Notes under the pieces: generated by a model | Seen by the model: the letters and a program-made list of their open reading frames with translations, nothing else | Database searches by the model: none | What the model was told of the DNA's origin: nothing | Source of the DNA: a virus | Taxonomy: Duplodnaviria > Caudoviricetes | Strand: one strand, 5' to 3' | DNA: 31,325 nucleotides | Virus record (IMG/VR): IMGVR_UViG_3300036398_000073 | Location: 1 to 31,325 of that record | In this document: positions 18,001 through 27,700 of the stretch, in pieces | Layout of the letters: every line of letters begins with the position of its first letter | How positions within the stretch are numbered: position 1 is the stretch's first letter | Made by a program: the position numbers and the translations under genes

Positions 18001-19579
18001 TAGAGAATATATACCTACTGGTGCATATTATCCTGTTGCTGAAAATGGAACTTATGAAATAAAAGTATTTGGCGGTGATGTATTTCATGGAATATTAGAT
18101 GCTCAAAAATGTATTAAAAATTGGGGAGGAACTCAAGTAACTCCTCCTGAAAAACATTCACAAACTTGGTATTTCCCACACCAATCTTATAAAAATGTTG
18201 ATTTAAGAGATGGACTGCATGTTAACTCTGATTTAGATAATGATTCAGGAAGTGCAGCTTCAGGATCAGATCAGTATATTTATGTTTCAAGTTTTTCATT
18301 TGAAAATACACTTAAAAAATATTACCCTAGACCTATATTCTTTAATTTAACAAATGAATGGAACAATAGGGTTTATTACTCTGAGGTTAAGATAAATGGT
18401 GAAACATCTGATAGTTGGACTAGTGTATTTGTAGATAATTACTATGATGTAGAAGGTAGTTATGGCCCTATAAATGCTTTACAAATACTTAAAAACAATA
18501 TGTACTTTGTACAAGATAGAGCAATAGGATTGTTAATAGTTAACCCTTATGAAACTGTTACTACACAAAACTTACAATCTATTGGTATAGGTACAGGTGA
18601 AGTAATACAAAAACACGTATATTATTCTATAGACTCTGGTAGTAAACACCAATGGTCAGTTAATAGGTCAAATACACATATTACATTTGTTGACTCAAGG
18701 CATAAAAAGATATTCTTATTTGATGGCCAATCTGTTAGTCCTATAAGTGATACTAAAGGTAATAGGGGTTTTGTAAATAAAGTATTACATGATCATATAC
18801 TAGTTAATGATAATCCTATAATAGGTAAAGGTATTTTAACAACTTATGATTACATTAATAATGAGTTTATTTACACATTTTTAAATACTTACGTAACTGA
18901 TGAACCACCTAATTACAGTGAAAAATATACTATAGTTTACTCAGATTTAATAGGCGCATTTAGTTCATTCTATAGTTTTACCCCATACATTTATTTAAAT
19001 AATCATAATAAACTATATAGCATTAATTCATATGATACAGGAGTTCGTAGTAAAATTTATTTGCACAATGTAGGAGATTATTGTAAGTTTTACGGCAATA
19101 TTTATCCATCTACTTTAAAAGTTAATATTAATGAAAATCCAATATATACTAAAGTATTTGATAACCTATCTTGGATAAGTGAATCAATTAAGGATAATTT
19201 GCTATTTAAAGACGTTATAAACGATTATCTAGGAGATTCTGATGATATACCTTACCTTAACAATACAATCACTAAGATAAGAGCTTATAATGAATATCAG
19301 AATACTGACTGGGTAACATTAAGTACTACATTTCCTAATCCTACTTTAAGGAAATCTGAGCAAGGTTACAATATGCAATTACCTAGAAATAAGGTTAATT
19401 ATGATACAAACAATATCAACACTAAATCTATATTTGATCCTACTATATTAACTAAAACATTGTTTGGTGATAGAATGAGAGATAAATACTTGGTTGTTGA
19501 TATGGAGTACAATAACATACTGAATAACAGGTTTATACTACATAATCTTAAATCAACTTATCGCATTTCTGATAGATAA
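15029..19579 (+). CDS. crAss-like tail stabilization / muzzle protein (Tstab, 1516 aa)
   Basis: NTF-x-x-GMNSD start, RIYWTD-x-x-NPVR, KDNRLFFGN, EIYSFGIVF, WIGDIKFP, FGGD, NRVYYS-x-x-KINGE-x-x-DSW, YGPI, FSSFYSFTP, KVFDN and RMRDKY motifs. Confidence 0.9.
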   Translation: MDSNNTFQNGMNSDISKLYQAKDQYVKALNFRPVTELGSSNASLVNIKGNECQISFPVIRSVYKLAIRKEYDVDNNFLPGVVTITVNGETTPNILINENTNINSFVGLISSLPNCYGTSTGTAAFALAYNSDYIVIYQQPEYKGCGGDLSTEPVVTITQVSGTSGIDYVDADGNLTSVANTPFVPSVSLSDPLVVIGSTFINENIYIFTCHKTNTNKIGQIWELVYDELLKTTTVYLLYNNYLNFTINHPIPTSAAIGRYELNNLQRIYWTDFYNPVRTVNVKDPNLMALNVDLTNLRPLTNMSVPVLNEVIDNGAVNNISDTATYQCAYRLTKNNGAITNYSSLSNIIAPIPQKTSNFTKFLNNFSSIAATGVPGGVNKALRFEVQGVDTDYDNIEFVIITRDVANINLFYVYKFDTQVINGNSTILTTWVNDPNTNEEITVDELLIENVLFSHCKTIEQKDNRLFFGNVRSDIDTILDAYDTRTYRFIQNQDDFDVLQYEGDTVPQPYTISTVNDYANIPQDADLIPLINLGMSTTEDPNFDFTMKYKRLSSVVGGSGPNISYSFGNLLLRADAFPEWPVNGTSTQEGTARDNPGSGQLYPNGYRKAAGLSNGSFLDPTFFNGAPNQRYKQNNSLNTMALEYLSGAFRSYQHNEIYSFGIVFKSRTGETSFVKWIGDIKFPDYSDTADPALRDETEQGAQCPDFRSMFYDTTTSDESAYLVVPYINFEINIPKEVSNIISGYEIVRCLRTQADRTIKSHGLITQVATGVADSNYYMPYSHYTTPSALNLDSCDPIVLPASNGYASKDLICYHSMESLVDNSNDDFEEDDQMILTEVYEKVLDSAINPSLFSIANPAEKYYIKKYYNLPISSGYGFFYNTSYFGAPYIHTIKEGFYVAQGSSSPALSSVGGAIYNNRDQDPSGGSGWYSNGSPTVIVGLKGSSFNWTNYTFAGVCSTAAVQGNSKLLGIHFKPRVLKTQYGGRTYTRRANREYIPTGAYYPVAENGTYEIKVFGGDVFHGILDAQKCIKNWGGTQVTPPEKHSQTWYFPHQSYKNVDLRDGLHVNSDLDNDSGSAASGSDQYIYVSSFSFENTLKKYYPRPIFFNLTNEWNNRVYYSEVKINGETSDSWTSVFVDNYYDVEGSYGPINALQILKNNMYFVQDRAIGLLIVNPYETVTTQNLQSIGIGTGEVIQKHVYYSIDSGSKHQWSVNRSNTHITFVDSRHKKIFLFDGQSVSPISDTKGNRGFVNKVLHDHILVNDNPIIGKGILTTYDYINNEFIYTFLNTYVTDEPPNYSEKYTIVYSDLIGAFSSFYSFTPYIYLNNHNKLYSINSYDTGVRSKIYLHNVGDYCKFYGNIYPSTLKVNINENPIYTKVFDNLSWISESIKDNLLFKDVINDYLGDSDDIPYLNNTITKIRAYNEYQNTDWVTLSTTFPNPTLRKSEQGYNMQLPRNKVNYDTNNINTKSIFDPTILTKTLFGDRMRDKYLVVDMEYNNILNNRFILHNLKSTYRISDR

Positions 19580-19581
19580 CA

Positions 19582-19650
19582 TTTGGTGTTATTATAACAC
19601 CTTATGTTATATTATAAATTTGCACTTTATCAATAAAAACACTATATTAA
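19582..19650 (+). promoter_or_regulatory. Two tandem putative promoters (TTTG-N22-TATATTAT and TTTG-N20-TATATTAA) with palindrome GGTGTTAT-T-ATAACACC
   Basis: TTTG 19582-19585 / TATATTAT 19608-19615; TTTG 19619-19622 / TATATTAA 19643-19650; perfect 8-bp inverted repeat at 19585-19601; in the 100-nt gap before the cargo genes. Confidence 0.5.
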
Positions 19651-19679
19651 ATATATATATAACATAATAAATTATATAC

Positions 19680-22600
19680 ATGAAAAATAAAAAATCTTTA
19701 GTTAAAAAATATAAAAGTGGTGGCACTCAAATGCCATTCAAATTACCTGCTGTATATAATCCTTATTATGGAGTTTCTGAATATGGAGATGGTGGCAGAG
19801 TATGGAAAGATATAGGCGCTGGAGCGTATGGCGTAGGTGAAGGATTGCTTGACACCATGACAATGGGTGCAACTGATCAATTAACTGATATGGGTTATAA
19901 GGCTTTGCAAAAAGCTGGTAATTCTACTGAAGATGAAATAAGGCAACAAAATTCTATTGCTGGATATGGCAAAGCAGCAGGTGCTATTACAGGAGCTCTT
20001 ACAGGATTAGCATCTCCTGAAGCTGCAATAGGTACTGCAGCACAAGGAATTGGTCAAGGTATATCATATGGTAGTGCAAGTGATCCTAATGCACAAATGG
20101 CTGGTAGCATGGTTACATCATTAGGTAAACTAGGATCTATGGCTGCAGGTCAAGGAATAGGTTCAGCAGGTGTACCCGGTGGTAGTAATGCAAATATGCT
20201 TACAATGATTAATCCTAACATGAATACAGGTGTACCTAATACTATGAGTCCACAACAAGCTGGCGTGTATGCTAGATATGGTGGAATGAAATATGCATTA
20301 GGTGGTGTTATTAAAACTCCTTATGATAATAAAATAGCTATTACAGATATTAGAATGTTTGGTAATGGTGGATTAAGTAGTGGTATGCAAAGAGTTTGGG
20401 ATAATCCTAATAAAAAACCATTGTTTGTTAATTCATTACAAATGTTTAAAAATGGTGGTCAAATAGTTGCTGAACTAGAAGGTGGTGAAAACTACATTAA
20501 AGCTAGTGATGGTGGATTTGTACAATTACCTGACAGTGCTCCTTCTCATGAAGAAGGTGGTGTTAAATTAACTGAACAACAAATACCTAGTGGTAGTATA
20601 ATATTTTCTGATAAATTAAAAGTACCTGGTACAGATATGTCATTTGCTGATGCAAATAAAAAAAATGATACTAGCAAATTAGATAAAAAATTTGATAAAC
20701 TACCTATTAATGAAGCATCAATTAACGCTAAAAAAGAATTGAAAAAAGCTATGATGATTAACTCTCAAAACTTATTTGCTCAACAAGAATCTCTTAAACA
20801 GGAGAAAGTTAAAAATTATGCTAAAAGATTAGGTCTAGTACCTTCAAGAGATAATGAAAATACTGAACCTATGGGTTTGCCTGAAGGTAATGAGGGTGAA
20901 TATGCAATGGCTAGAATGGGTGGTATGTATATGGCTGGTGGCCAAATGATGGTACCAACTGTAAATGATTATATGCGTGATGAAGATTACAATTCATTAA
21001 CTTATGCTAATGGTGGTAAACTACCTGAAGGATTATTAAGATCTAGATTAGAAGCACATATGTCACCTAAAGAAGCAAGTAATTACATTGCTAATTATGC
21101 TAATGGTGGAATGATTAAACGTGCAGATGGTTCATATTCTCAAAGAGGATTATGGGATAATATAAGAGCTAATGCTGGTAGTGGTAAACAACCTACTAAA
21201 GAAATGCTTGAGCAAGAAGCTAAAATTAATGCTAAGTATGAAAAAGGTGGTATACATATTAACCCTGCAAATAAAGGTAAATTTACTGCAAGTGCTGAAC
21301 GTGCAGGAATGGGTGTACAAGAGTTTGCAAGACACGTATTGGCTAACAGTGAAGATTATAGTTCTACACAAGTTAAACGTGCTAATTTTGCACGTAATGC
21401 TGCAGGTTGGAAACATGAAATGGGTGGTGTACAGCAATACAATATGGGTGGTAATACAGGTGAACCTATAAGTGAAGCAGATTATAAAGCTTTACAAAAT
21501 ATTAATAAAATACTTTATAACTCTAGTAAGTATAAAGAAAATTGGATGGATCCTAAGTTTACTAATGCTGTAGCTGAGTATTCTAGAATTACAGGTAAAA
21601 ACCCTACTCCTATTGAAGGAATATATTCTAAATCTGCTACAGATGCTCCAAATACAATTTACAATGCTAAATTTCCAGCGCCTAGTAATATAACTTATCA
21701 AGACTACATAAGTAGTTTAAGAAAAACTCAAACTCCTGTAGTTAATACTGTTGTAGAGCCTAAAGGAGTTGGAATGCATCCTGATTATCAAGGTTATTCA
21801 ATACCTGGTATTAAAGATAGTTATAATCAGGCTAAACAAAAAGCTCAGATTTTAAATTATGGAACTGCTAATATTGCAAATGAAGCAATATCTCAAAAAA
21901 GATATGGTGGTATAAACTATAACAATGAAAGTATTATTCAATATCGTGGAGGTGGTACTAAAACTTCAACTCCAGTATATGACGCATCTAAATTTGTAGA
22001 TGATTATGATTATTCAACATCTGGACTTGGTAATGTACCTCTATACATAGAAGGTGTTACAGAAGTTAGAGATAATTCTATAGCAGATTTTGGAAATAGA
22101 AATGACTTTAATCAATCTTTAACTAGAGGAATAAATGAGTTTAATGCAGGAAATACTGGAGTGCCATCAACTAGCGGATCTAAAGATTACAGTGGACTTA
22201 TAAATGCAGGTACGCAAATAGGCATGGGGTTATTACAAAACGCTGGTAATATATATGATATTTACAGGGGTAGTAAACCTGAAACTGAAATTTATGAAAG
22301 ATATACTCCTACTACATTAACAGCTGATGAAGTACTTAGAGGAAATCAGTTAGGATATGCTGCAGGTAAGCAAGGACTTGCTGCTAGTTCACAAGGTAGC
22401 GGTAGTGCATATAGACAAAACTTAAAAGACTTAGCTCTTAAAAAGATGTATGCAGATGCTAAAGCTATTGAAAATGTTAATAACTTAAATGCTGGTATAA
22501 GAAATCAAGCAGGTATGTTTAACACTGAATTAGCTAAACAAGAAGTTGTTGCTAATTTACAGAATAAAGCTAAAGCTAGAGATTTAACAAGTTCTGGTAT

Positions 22601-22751
22601 ATCTGGTATAGGTAAAAATGTTTCATCTCAAATTAGAGATTATAAAACTGGTAGCATGGATCAAAAAACTTTAAATGCTATTATTGCTTCTAATCCTCAA
22701 TGGGCAAATAGTGCTGAAGGTAAAGCTTATATTGCACAATTTAAAAGATAA
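19680..22751 (+). CDS. crAss-like virion cargo / ejection protein with repeated xxxGG motifs (1023 aa)
   Basis: Directly after Tstab; Gly/Ala-rich hydrophobic N-terminal helices; AELEGGE...SHEEGGV...IFSDKLKVP and IHINPANKGKF...KRANFARNA-x-x-WKH modules; about 15 xxxGG motifs. Confidence 0.8.
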   Translation: MKNKKSLVKKYKSGGTQMPFKLPAVYNPYYGVSEYGDGGRVWKDIGAGAYGVGEGLLDTMTMGATDQLTDMGYKALQKAGNSTEDEIRQQNSIAGYGKAAGAITGALTGLASPEAAIGTAAQGIGQGISYGSASDPNAQMAGSMVTSLGKLGSMAAGQGIGSAGVPGGSNANMLTMINPNMNTGVPNTMSPQQAGVYARYGGMKYALGGVIKTPYDNKIAITDIRMFGNGGLSSGMQRVWDNPNKKPLFVNSLQMFKNGGQIVAELEGGENYIKASDGGFVQLPDSAPSHEEGGVKLTEQQIPSGSIIFSDKLKVPGTDMSFADANKKNDTSKLDKKFDKLPINEASINAKKELKKAMMINSQNLFAQQESLKQEKVKNYAKRLGLVPSRDNENTEPMGLPEGNEGEYAMARMGGMYMAGGQMMVPTVNDYMRDEDYNSLTYANGGKLPEGLLRSRLEAHMSPKEASNYIANYANGGMIKRADGSYSQRGLWDNIRANAGSGKQPTKEMLEQEAKINAKYEKGGIHINPANKGKFTASAERAGMGVQEFARHVLANSEDYSSTQVKRANFARNAAGWKHEMGGVQQYNMGGNTGEPISEADYKALQNINKILYNSSKYKENWMDPKFTNAVAEYSRITGKNPTPIEGIYSKSATDAPNTIYNAKFPAPSNITYQDYISSLRKTQTPVVNTVVEPKGVGMHPDYQGYSIPGIKDSYNQAKQKAQILNYGTANIANEAISQKRYGGINYNNESIIQYRGGGTKTSTPVYDASKFVDDYDYSTSGLGNVPLYIEGVTEVRDNSIADFGNRNDFNQSLTRGINEFNAGNTGVPSTSGSKDYSGLINAGTQIGMGLLQNAGNIYDIYRGSKPETEIYERYTPTTLTADEVLRGNQLGYAAGKQGLAASSQGSGSAYRQNLKDLALKKMYADAKAIENVNNLNAGIRNQAGMFNTELAKQEVVANLQNKAKARDLTSSGISGIGKNVSSQIRDYKTGSMDQKTLNAIIASNPQWANSAEGKAYIAQFKR

Positions 22752-22756
22752 TAATA

Positions 22757-22789
22757 TTTAATAATAATCAAATATAATTACTATATTTG
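22757..22789 (+). promoter_or_regulatory. Bacteroidota housekeeping-sigma-type promoter (-7 box TATATTTG)
   Basis: TATATTTG at 22782-22789 fits TAnnTTTG; imperfect -33 box TTTA at 22757-22760 with a 21-nt spacer; intergenic, 17 nt before the ATG. Confidence 0.6.
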
Positions 22790-22806
22790 CGATATAAAAT
22801 AAAACT

Positions 22807-24789
22807 ATGGCTAATCGTTTTGATACACCACAAAAACAAGAATACGTTTCACAATATGTTCCTATGCCACTAGAATATTTATCTGGATTGGCAAAGGACT
22901 ATACTAATCAATATAAGAAGGCTGAAGAAGATGTTTATGCATTAGGAGATCTAATGGGTAAAGTTAAATCTATTGACGAACATCAACCTTATAAAAAACA
23001 ATTAGAAGCTGAATTTAAACCTAGAATTGAGTCACTTGCTGATCAATTTGTAAAAGGTGCTGACTTACCTTCTGCTACAAGAGAACTTAATAAGTTAAAA
23101 AGAGATTGGGTTAATAATCCATTACGTCAAGAATTAGAAACTTCTTATGCTGAAAAAGCCATTGATAAGGAAAATGCTCGTAAACTAGGTGTTAAATATC
23201 AAGATTGGTTAGATCCAAATTCTAAATTTAAAGGTTATAGTGAAACAGGTGAATTAGTTCCTTATAGAGCAAATGTAATTCCTGAAGCTTTAGATATTGA
23301 AAAAAGATTTAGTGAAGCTATGAAAGGTATTAGAGAAAGTACTAAAGGATGGGATATTGAAGGAATTGATGAAACTGGAATTAAGATTGGTCAAAAAGGA
23401 TTACAATCAGGAATTACTCCTGAAAGAGTAATGAACTTAGCTAAAGATAAAGTTAAAGGAATACTTGATGGTACTTTAGAGGGAACTCAGTTTAAGCAAA
23501 AAATGAAATATTTTTATCCTAATGCTACAGATAAACAAATAGAAGATGAAGCTGTTAAACAAATGTTTGCATCTGGATCTGAGCAAATATTTAGTAAAAC
23601 AGAATCTGGTAAATCTATGGATGTTACTGATATATGGGGTAAAAAATATGATGAAAGAAAAGCTCAAGAAGATTTCCAAAGATTACCTATGCAAGAATTA
23701 CCAGTAATTGCTGCTGAAAATGTAACAAACAAAGATGCTTTAAGTGTATTTAATTTAGGCAAAAATGTTGATGAAGAAGGAAAACCTATTTATGCTAGTA
23801 AATTAGGTAGAGTAGAAACTCAAGTTGATGGAAGAACAGTATCTGGAGCTCAATTTGATAATAACGCAAGGGAACAAAATATTAAAAATTTAACAGATTT
23901 TTATACTGGATTAAATAATACTGCTAAAAACTTAAATATACCTATTCCAAAATTACCAAATGGTAAAACAGATTATAAGAAACTACAAGATATTATAACT
24001 AGTGTAGGTAAAGATATGTTAGTTAATGGTCAAGTTGGTCAAGGGTTGCAAACAGAATTAAGTAATAATATGACTAGTTATTATTTAGGAACCACGGATT
24101 CTGACGGAGAAACATTTAAAAAATCTCCTTTTTTACAAACTGCTAAAATAACAGATGTAAGTGATCCTAGTAAACAAATAATATCTGAAGAAGATAAAAA
24201 TAAAATTGCTAAAAATGGTGTTATAAAAGATATTAATTTTTACGCAGAAAAACCTGGAACATTTGTTATTACATCTTCTGATGAAGATGGAAAATCTAAA
24301 AACTATAATATTTATTTAGGAGAAAAAGTTTCTAAAGCTTTAATAGAACCTACTTGGAATTTAACTAATTCATTTGATAGAAATATTAAAGGTCAAGTTA
24401 GTACAGAAGAAGCTAATGAATTATATAAAAATGAAAATAAATTAGGCGCTGATTTAGCAAACCAATATAATAACATAAAAGATGAAAGAGTTAAAGGTTA
24501 TCTTTTAAATAATTTGCAAAATGTTTTAGGTGAATCTAAAAACATGAAAACAGTTTCTATTGTAAATAGTGCTGAAAAAACACAATCAGGTAATCCTAAA
24601 TATATATTTATAGGTAAACAAGGAATAGATCCTAACACTTATTCTCCAGTAAATAAAGTTATAGTTGTTAATCAAGAAAATGGAGATATACAATATAAAG
24701 ATTTAAATGAAGTCCAAGCAATGGAAAGTTCATATATTCAAGAAAATATTTCAAGAGGTTATAAACCAAGATTAGGTAAAAACGAATAA
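22807..24789 (+). CDS. crAss-like virion cargo / internal protein (660 aa)
   Basis: MANRFD...YVSQYVPMP N-terminus followed by a helical charged region, as recalled for the gene preceding the giant protein in crAss-like phages. Confidence 0.7.
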   Translation: MANRFDTPQKQEYVSQYVPMPLEYLSGLAKDYTNQYKKAEEDVYALGDLMGKVKSIDEHQPYKKQLEAEFKPRIESLADQFVKGADLPSATRELNKLKRDWVNNPLRQELETSYAEKAIDKENARKLGVKYQDWLDPNSKFKGYSETGELVPYRANVIPEALDIEKRFSEAMKGIRESTKGWDIEGIDETGIKIGQKGLQSGITPERVMNLAKDKVKGILDGTLEGTQFKQKMKYFYPNATDKQIEDEAVKQMFASGSEQIFSKTESGKSMDVTDIWGKKYDERKAQEDFQRLPMQELPVIAAENVTNKDALSVFNLGKNVDEEGKPIYASKLGRVETQVDGRTVSGAQFDNNAREQNIKNLTDFYTGLNNTAKNLNIPIPKLPNGKTDYKKLQDIITSVGKDMLVNGQVGQGLQTELSNNMTSYYLGTTDSDGETFKKSPFLQTAKITDVSDPSKQIISEEDKNKIAKNGVIKDINFYAEKPGTFVITSSDEDGKSKNYNIYLGEKVSKALIEPTWNLTNSFDRNIKGQVSTEEANELYKNENKLGADLANQYNNIKDERVKGYLLNNLQNVLGESKNMKTVSIVNSAEKTQSGNPKYIFIGKQGIDPNTYSPVNKVIVVNQENGDIQYKDLNEVQAMESSYIQENISRGYKPRLGKNE

Positions 24790-24790
24790 T

Positions 24791-27700
24791 ATGCCAGATA
24801 ATAATAAACCAAATTTAAATGTAACAGTTAATCCAGAAGAAATATTAAAAAATAAAGGTTCTGGATTTGATTTAAAAACTGGAGAAAAAGGATATTTTGG
24901 AGGAACTGGTTTTGGAGAATCTAAATATGATTTGCCACAAGAAACTTCATGGGCTGATATAGAGTCAGGAAATTTAGAAGAATTAAGAGCTCAACGTCAA
25001 TCAAGTCTTGCTAAGATAGGTTCAGGATTAGCTAATGCAGTTACGCAAACTGGATTAGATATAATTAAAGATACTTCATATCTACTAGATTACAGAAACT
25101 ATACTAACTTTACTGAAAGAGCTAAAGAAGGTTTTCATAATGATATTGCAGATGCAATACAATCTGTTGAAGATAAACTTAAAATACCTGTTTATAGAAC
25201 TAAAGAATCTGAAGGGTTTAGTCCATTATCTGCTGGATGGTGGGGTGAAAACATTCCGTCTATATTAACAACAGTAAGTATGATGGTTCCTGCACAAGGA
25301 GCTGTAATGGGTTTATCAAAACTAAGCAAGGCTTTAGGTGGAGCTAAGCTTATTAGGGGTATTGAAGCTGTTAGTGGTGCTAAAAATTTAAGTGCTGGTT
25401 TAAAAGGTATTACAGGTGCTGTAATATCTCGTCAAATGGAAAACATTATGGAAGGTGGTCAAACATTTGAAGATACTTATAAAAGTTTAGAAGGTAAAAT
25501 TAATCCTAGTACAAATCAATTATTTACTGAAGAAGAGAAAAAGGCTATAGCTGGTGAAGCTGCAGCTAATAATTATAAATTAAATTGGGCAAACATTGTA
25601 ACTGATTTACCTCAGTACATGTTATTGAATAAATCATTTAGCCAAATGATTAAAGATCAAAGAATTGGTTTATCTGATTTAGTTGCTACAATGGGACAAG
25701 AGAGTGGTGAAGAAGCTTATCAGTTTATTACTAATGAAGAAACTAAACGTGCTGCATTAATTAAATCTGGTGTATTAGAAGATGATAAATCATCATTGAC
25801 TGATAGAGTATTAGATTATGCAAAAGATGGTGAATTTTGGACTAGTGCATTTTTAGGAGGATTAGGTGGAGGTATATTTGCAGGAGTTGGTAAAATTGGT
25901 GAAAACAAAAGGATTGAAAAACTTCAGAAACAACAAGAAGCTATTGTTAAGTTACATACTGCAGTAATTAAAGGAGATGAGCAATCATTTAATAGAACTA
26001 CTGATGATGTATTTCATAAAACATTAATGGATAACATAACTGACCTTGATAATTTTAAATCAATGTTAGAAATAACTCCTGAAGCAATGGATGATCCTGA
26101 AGAAAGGGTTAAATCTCAAAAAACTTTAAATGATAGGAAACAAGTAATTAAATTTGCTGAAGATTATAGAAATACTTTATCTGCAGATAATACTAAAGAT
26201 GATGCATTAAAAGCTACTGAATTAGATATTGCAATAGATCAAAAATTAACTGATAACAGATTAAGAAATATTAATACTGAATTAACATCTTTAAAAGCTG
26301 AAGATGCTCATTCATTAAATCTACAAGATCCTACTTTATATCAGTTTAAAAACCTTAAAATGCAATATGAAGCAATTAAGGATATACCTCAACTTGCTGA
26401 TAAAGCTAAACAATTACAAACTACAATTGCTGAAAATTATAATTTATTATTATCTGAAGGACTTTATAGTTCTAAAGAAGATATTGATAAGCAATTAATA
26501 TCCCCTAATGATTCTAAAATAATTAATTTAATTAGAAATCAAGAATTAGACTCTAGAAGATTTAATCAAAATAAAGAAGTTTTATATCAATTATCTACAC
26601 CTGAAGGTAGAGATAATATTAAAAAGGCTGCTGAAGATCAAATCGCTAAACAACAAGAAGCTATTAGAGTTGCTAATGAACAAGCTGCAAAGGCTGAACA
26701 AGATAAAATTATTGATATATTTGCCAATAAGATTAATTCTGGCGAACAACTTGAATCTGAAGATGAATTAGCGTATTACAATGCTAATAAAAAAGCTATT
26801 GATAGTAAAGTTGAACAATTAAAAATTGCAGGAAATAACATACCTCAAGATATACTAGATATATTAAACAAGGATGTTGAAAATGAAGCTAATTTTGAAC
26901 AACAAAAAGCTGAAGTAATTGGTCAACCCGCAGGTGATATATTTGGTGATGTATCAGAACCTGTTGAAACTGATGTTACTACAGATGCTAAAGCAACAGA
27001 TTTAGGATTTAGTAATTTAAGTAATATTGGGAATCAAGGTTTAGCAATCATGGAAGCAGATATAAATAAATCTGGTAAACATGTTACATTTAATATATCA
27101 AGAGCTACACCTGAACAAAGACAAAAAATAAATTCTGATATTGAAGAATTTAAAAAGAAATATCCTGAAAAGAATATTGTTAGCAGAATTGAAAATAATA
27201 ACCTAATTGTAGAAGTTGCACCTACTAATACTCAATCTACTACAGATGCTATTGCTGATATAGAAAGAAGAAGACAAGAAGAGTTAGAATCAAATGCAAG
27301 TAGTATTAGAGTAAAAGTTGAAACATACAACACTTTAACTATAAATGGAAACCCAGTACAAGTAGAAATAACTACTAATAAAGATGGTAGTAGAGTATTA
27401 AAAGCAAGAACAATTAATGAAGATGGTTCAATAGATCCAATGGCTTTTGTAACAGAAAGAATAAATAGTGGGTCACAGCTGTCTTTGACAAATGAAAAGT
27501 TAATTGAAGGTTATATTGGTAATGAAGATAACACATTAAAAAAAGTATCTGAAGATCTTAATCCGTCTGATGCAAGAACTAATAAAATCAATGCTAAGTA
27601 TGATGCAGAGATAGCTGCTTTAAAAAGTAAACCAGCTACTGCTGCTGTTTCTGATATAGATGCTAAGATAGCAGATCTAAAGAGTAAAATTACCAAACAG

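Noticed and set aside
21222-21242. KINAKYE in the cargo gene resembling the KINAKYD linker of the giant protein
   Set aside because: Short match that overlaps the YEKGG motif and lacks the DIERRRQEEL partner; probably coincidental.
21172-21471. 99-aa alternative-frame ORF inside the cargo gene
   Set aside because: L/V/K-rich shadow of the main frame's GCT/GGT/AAT codons; no motif.
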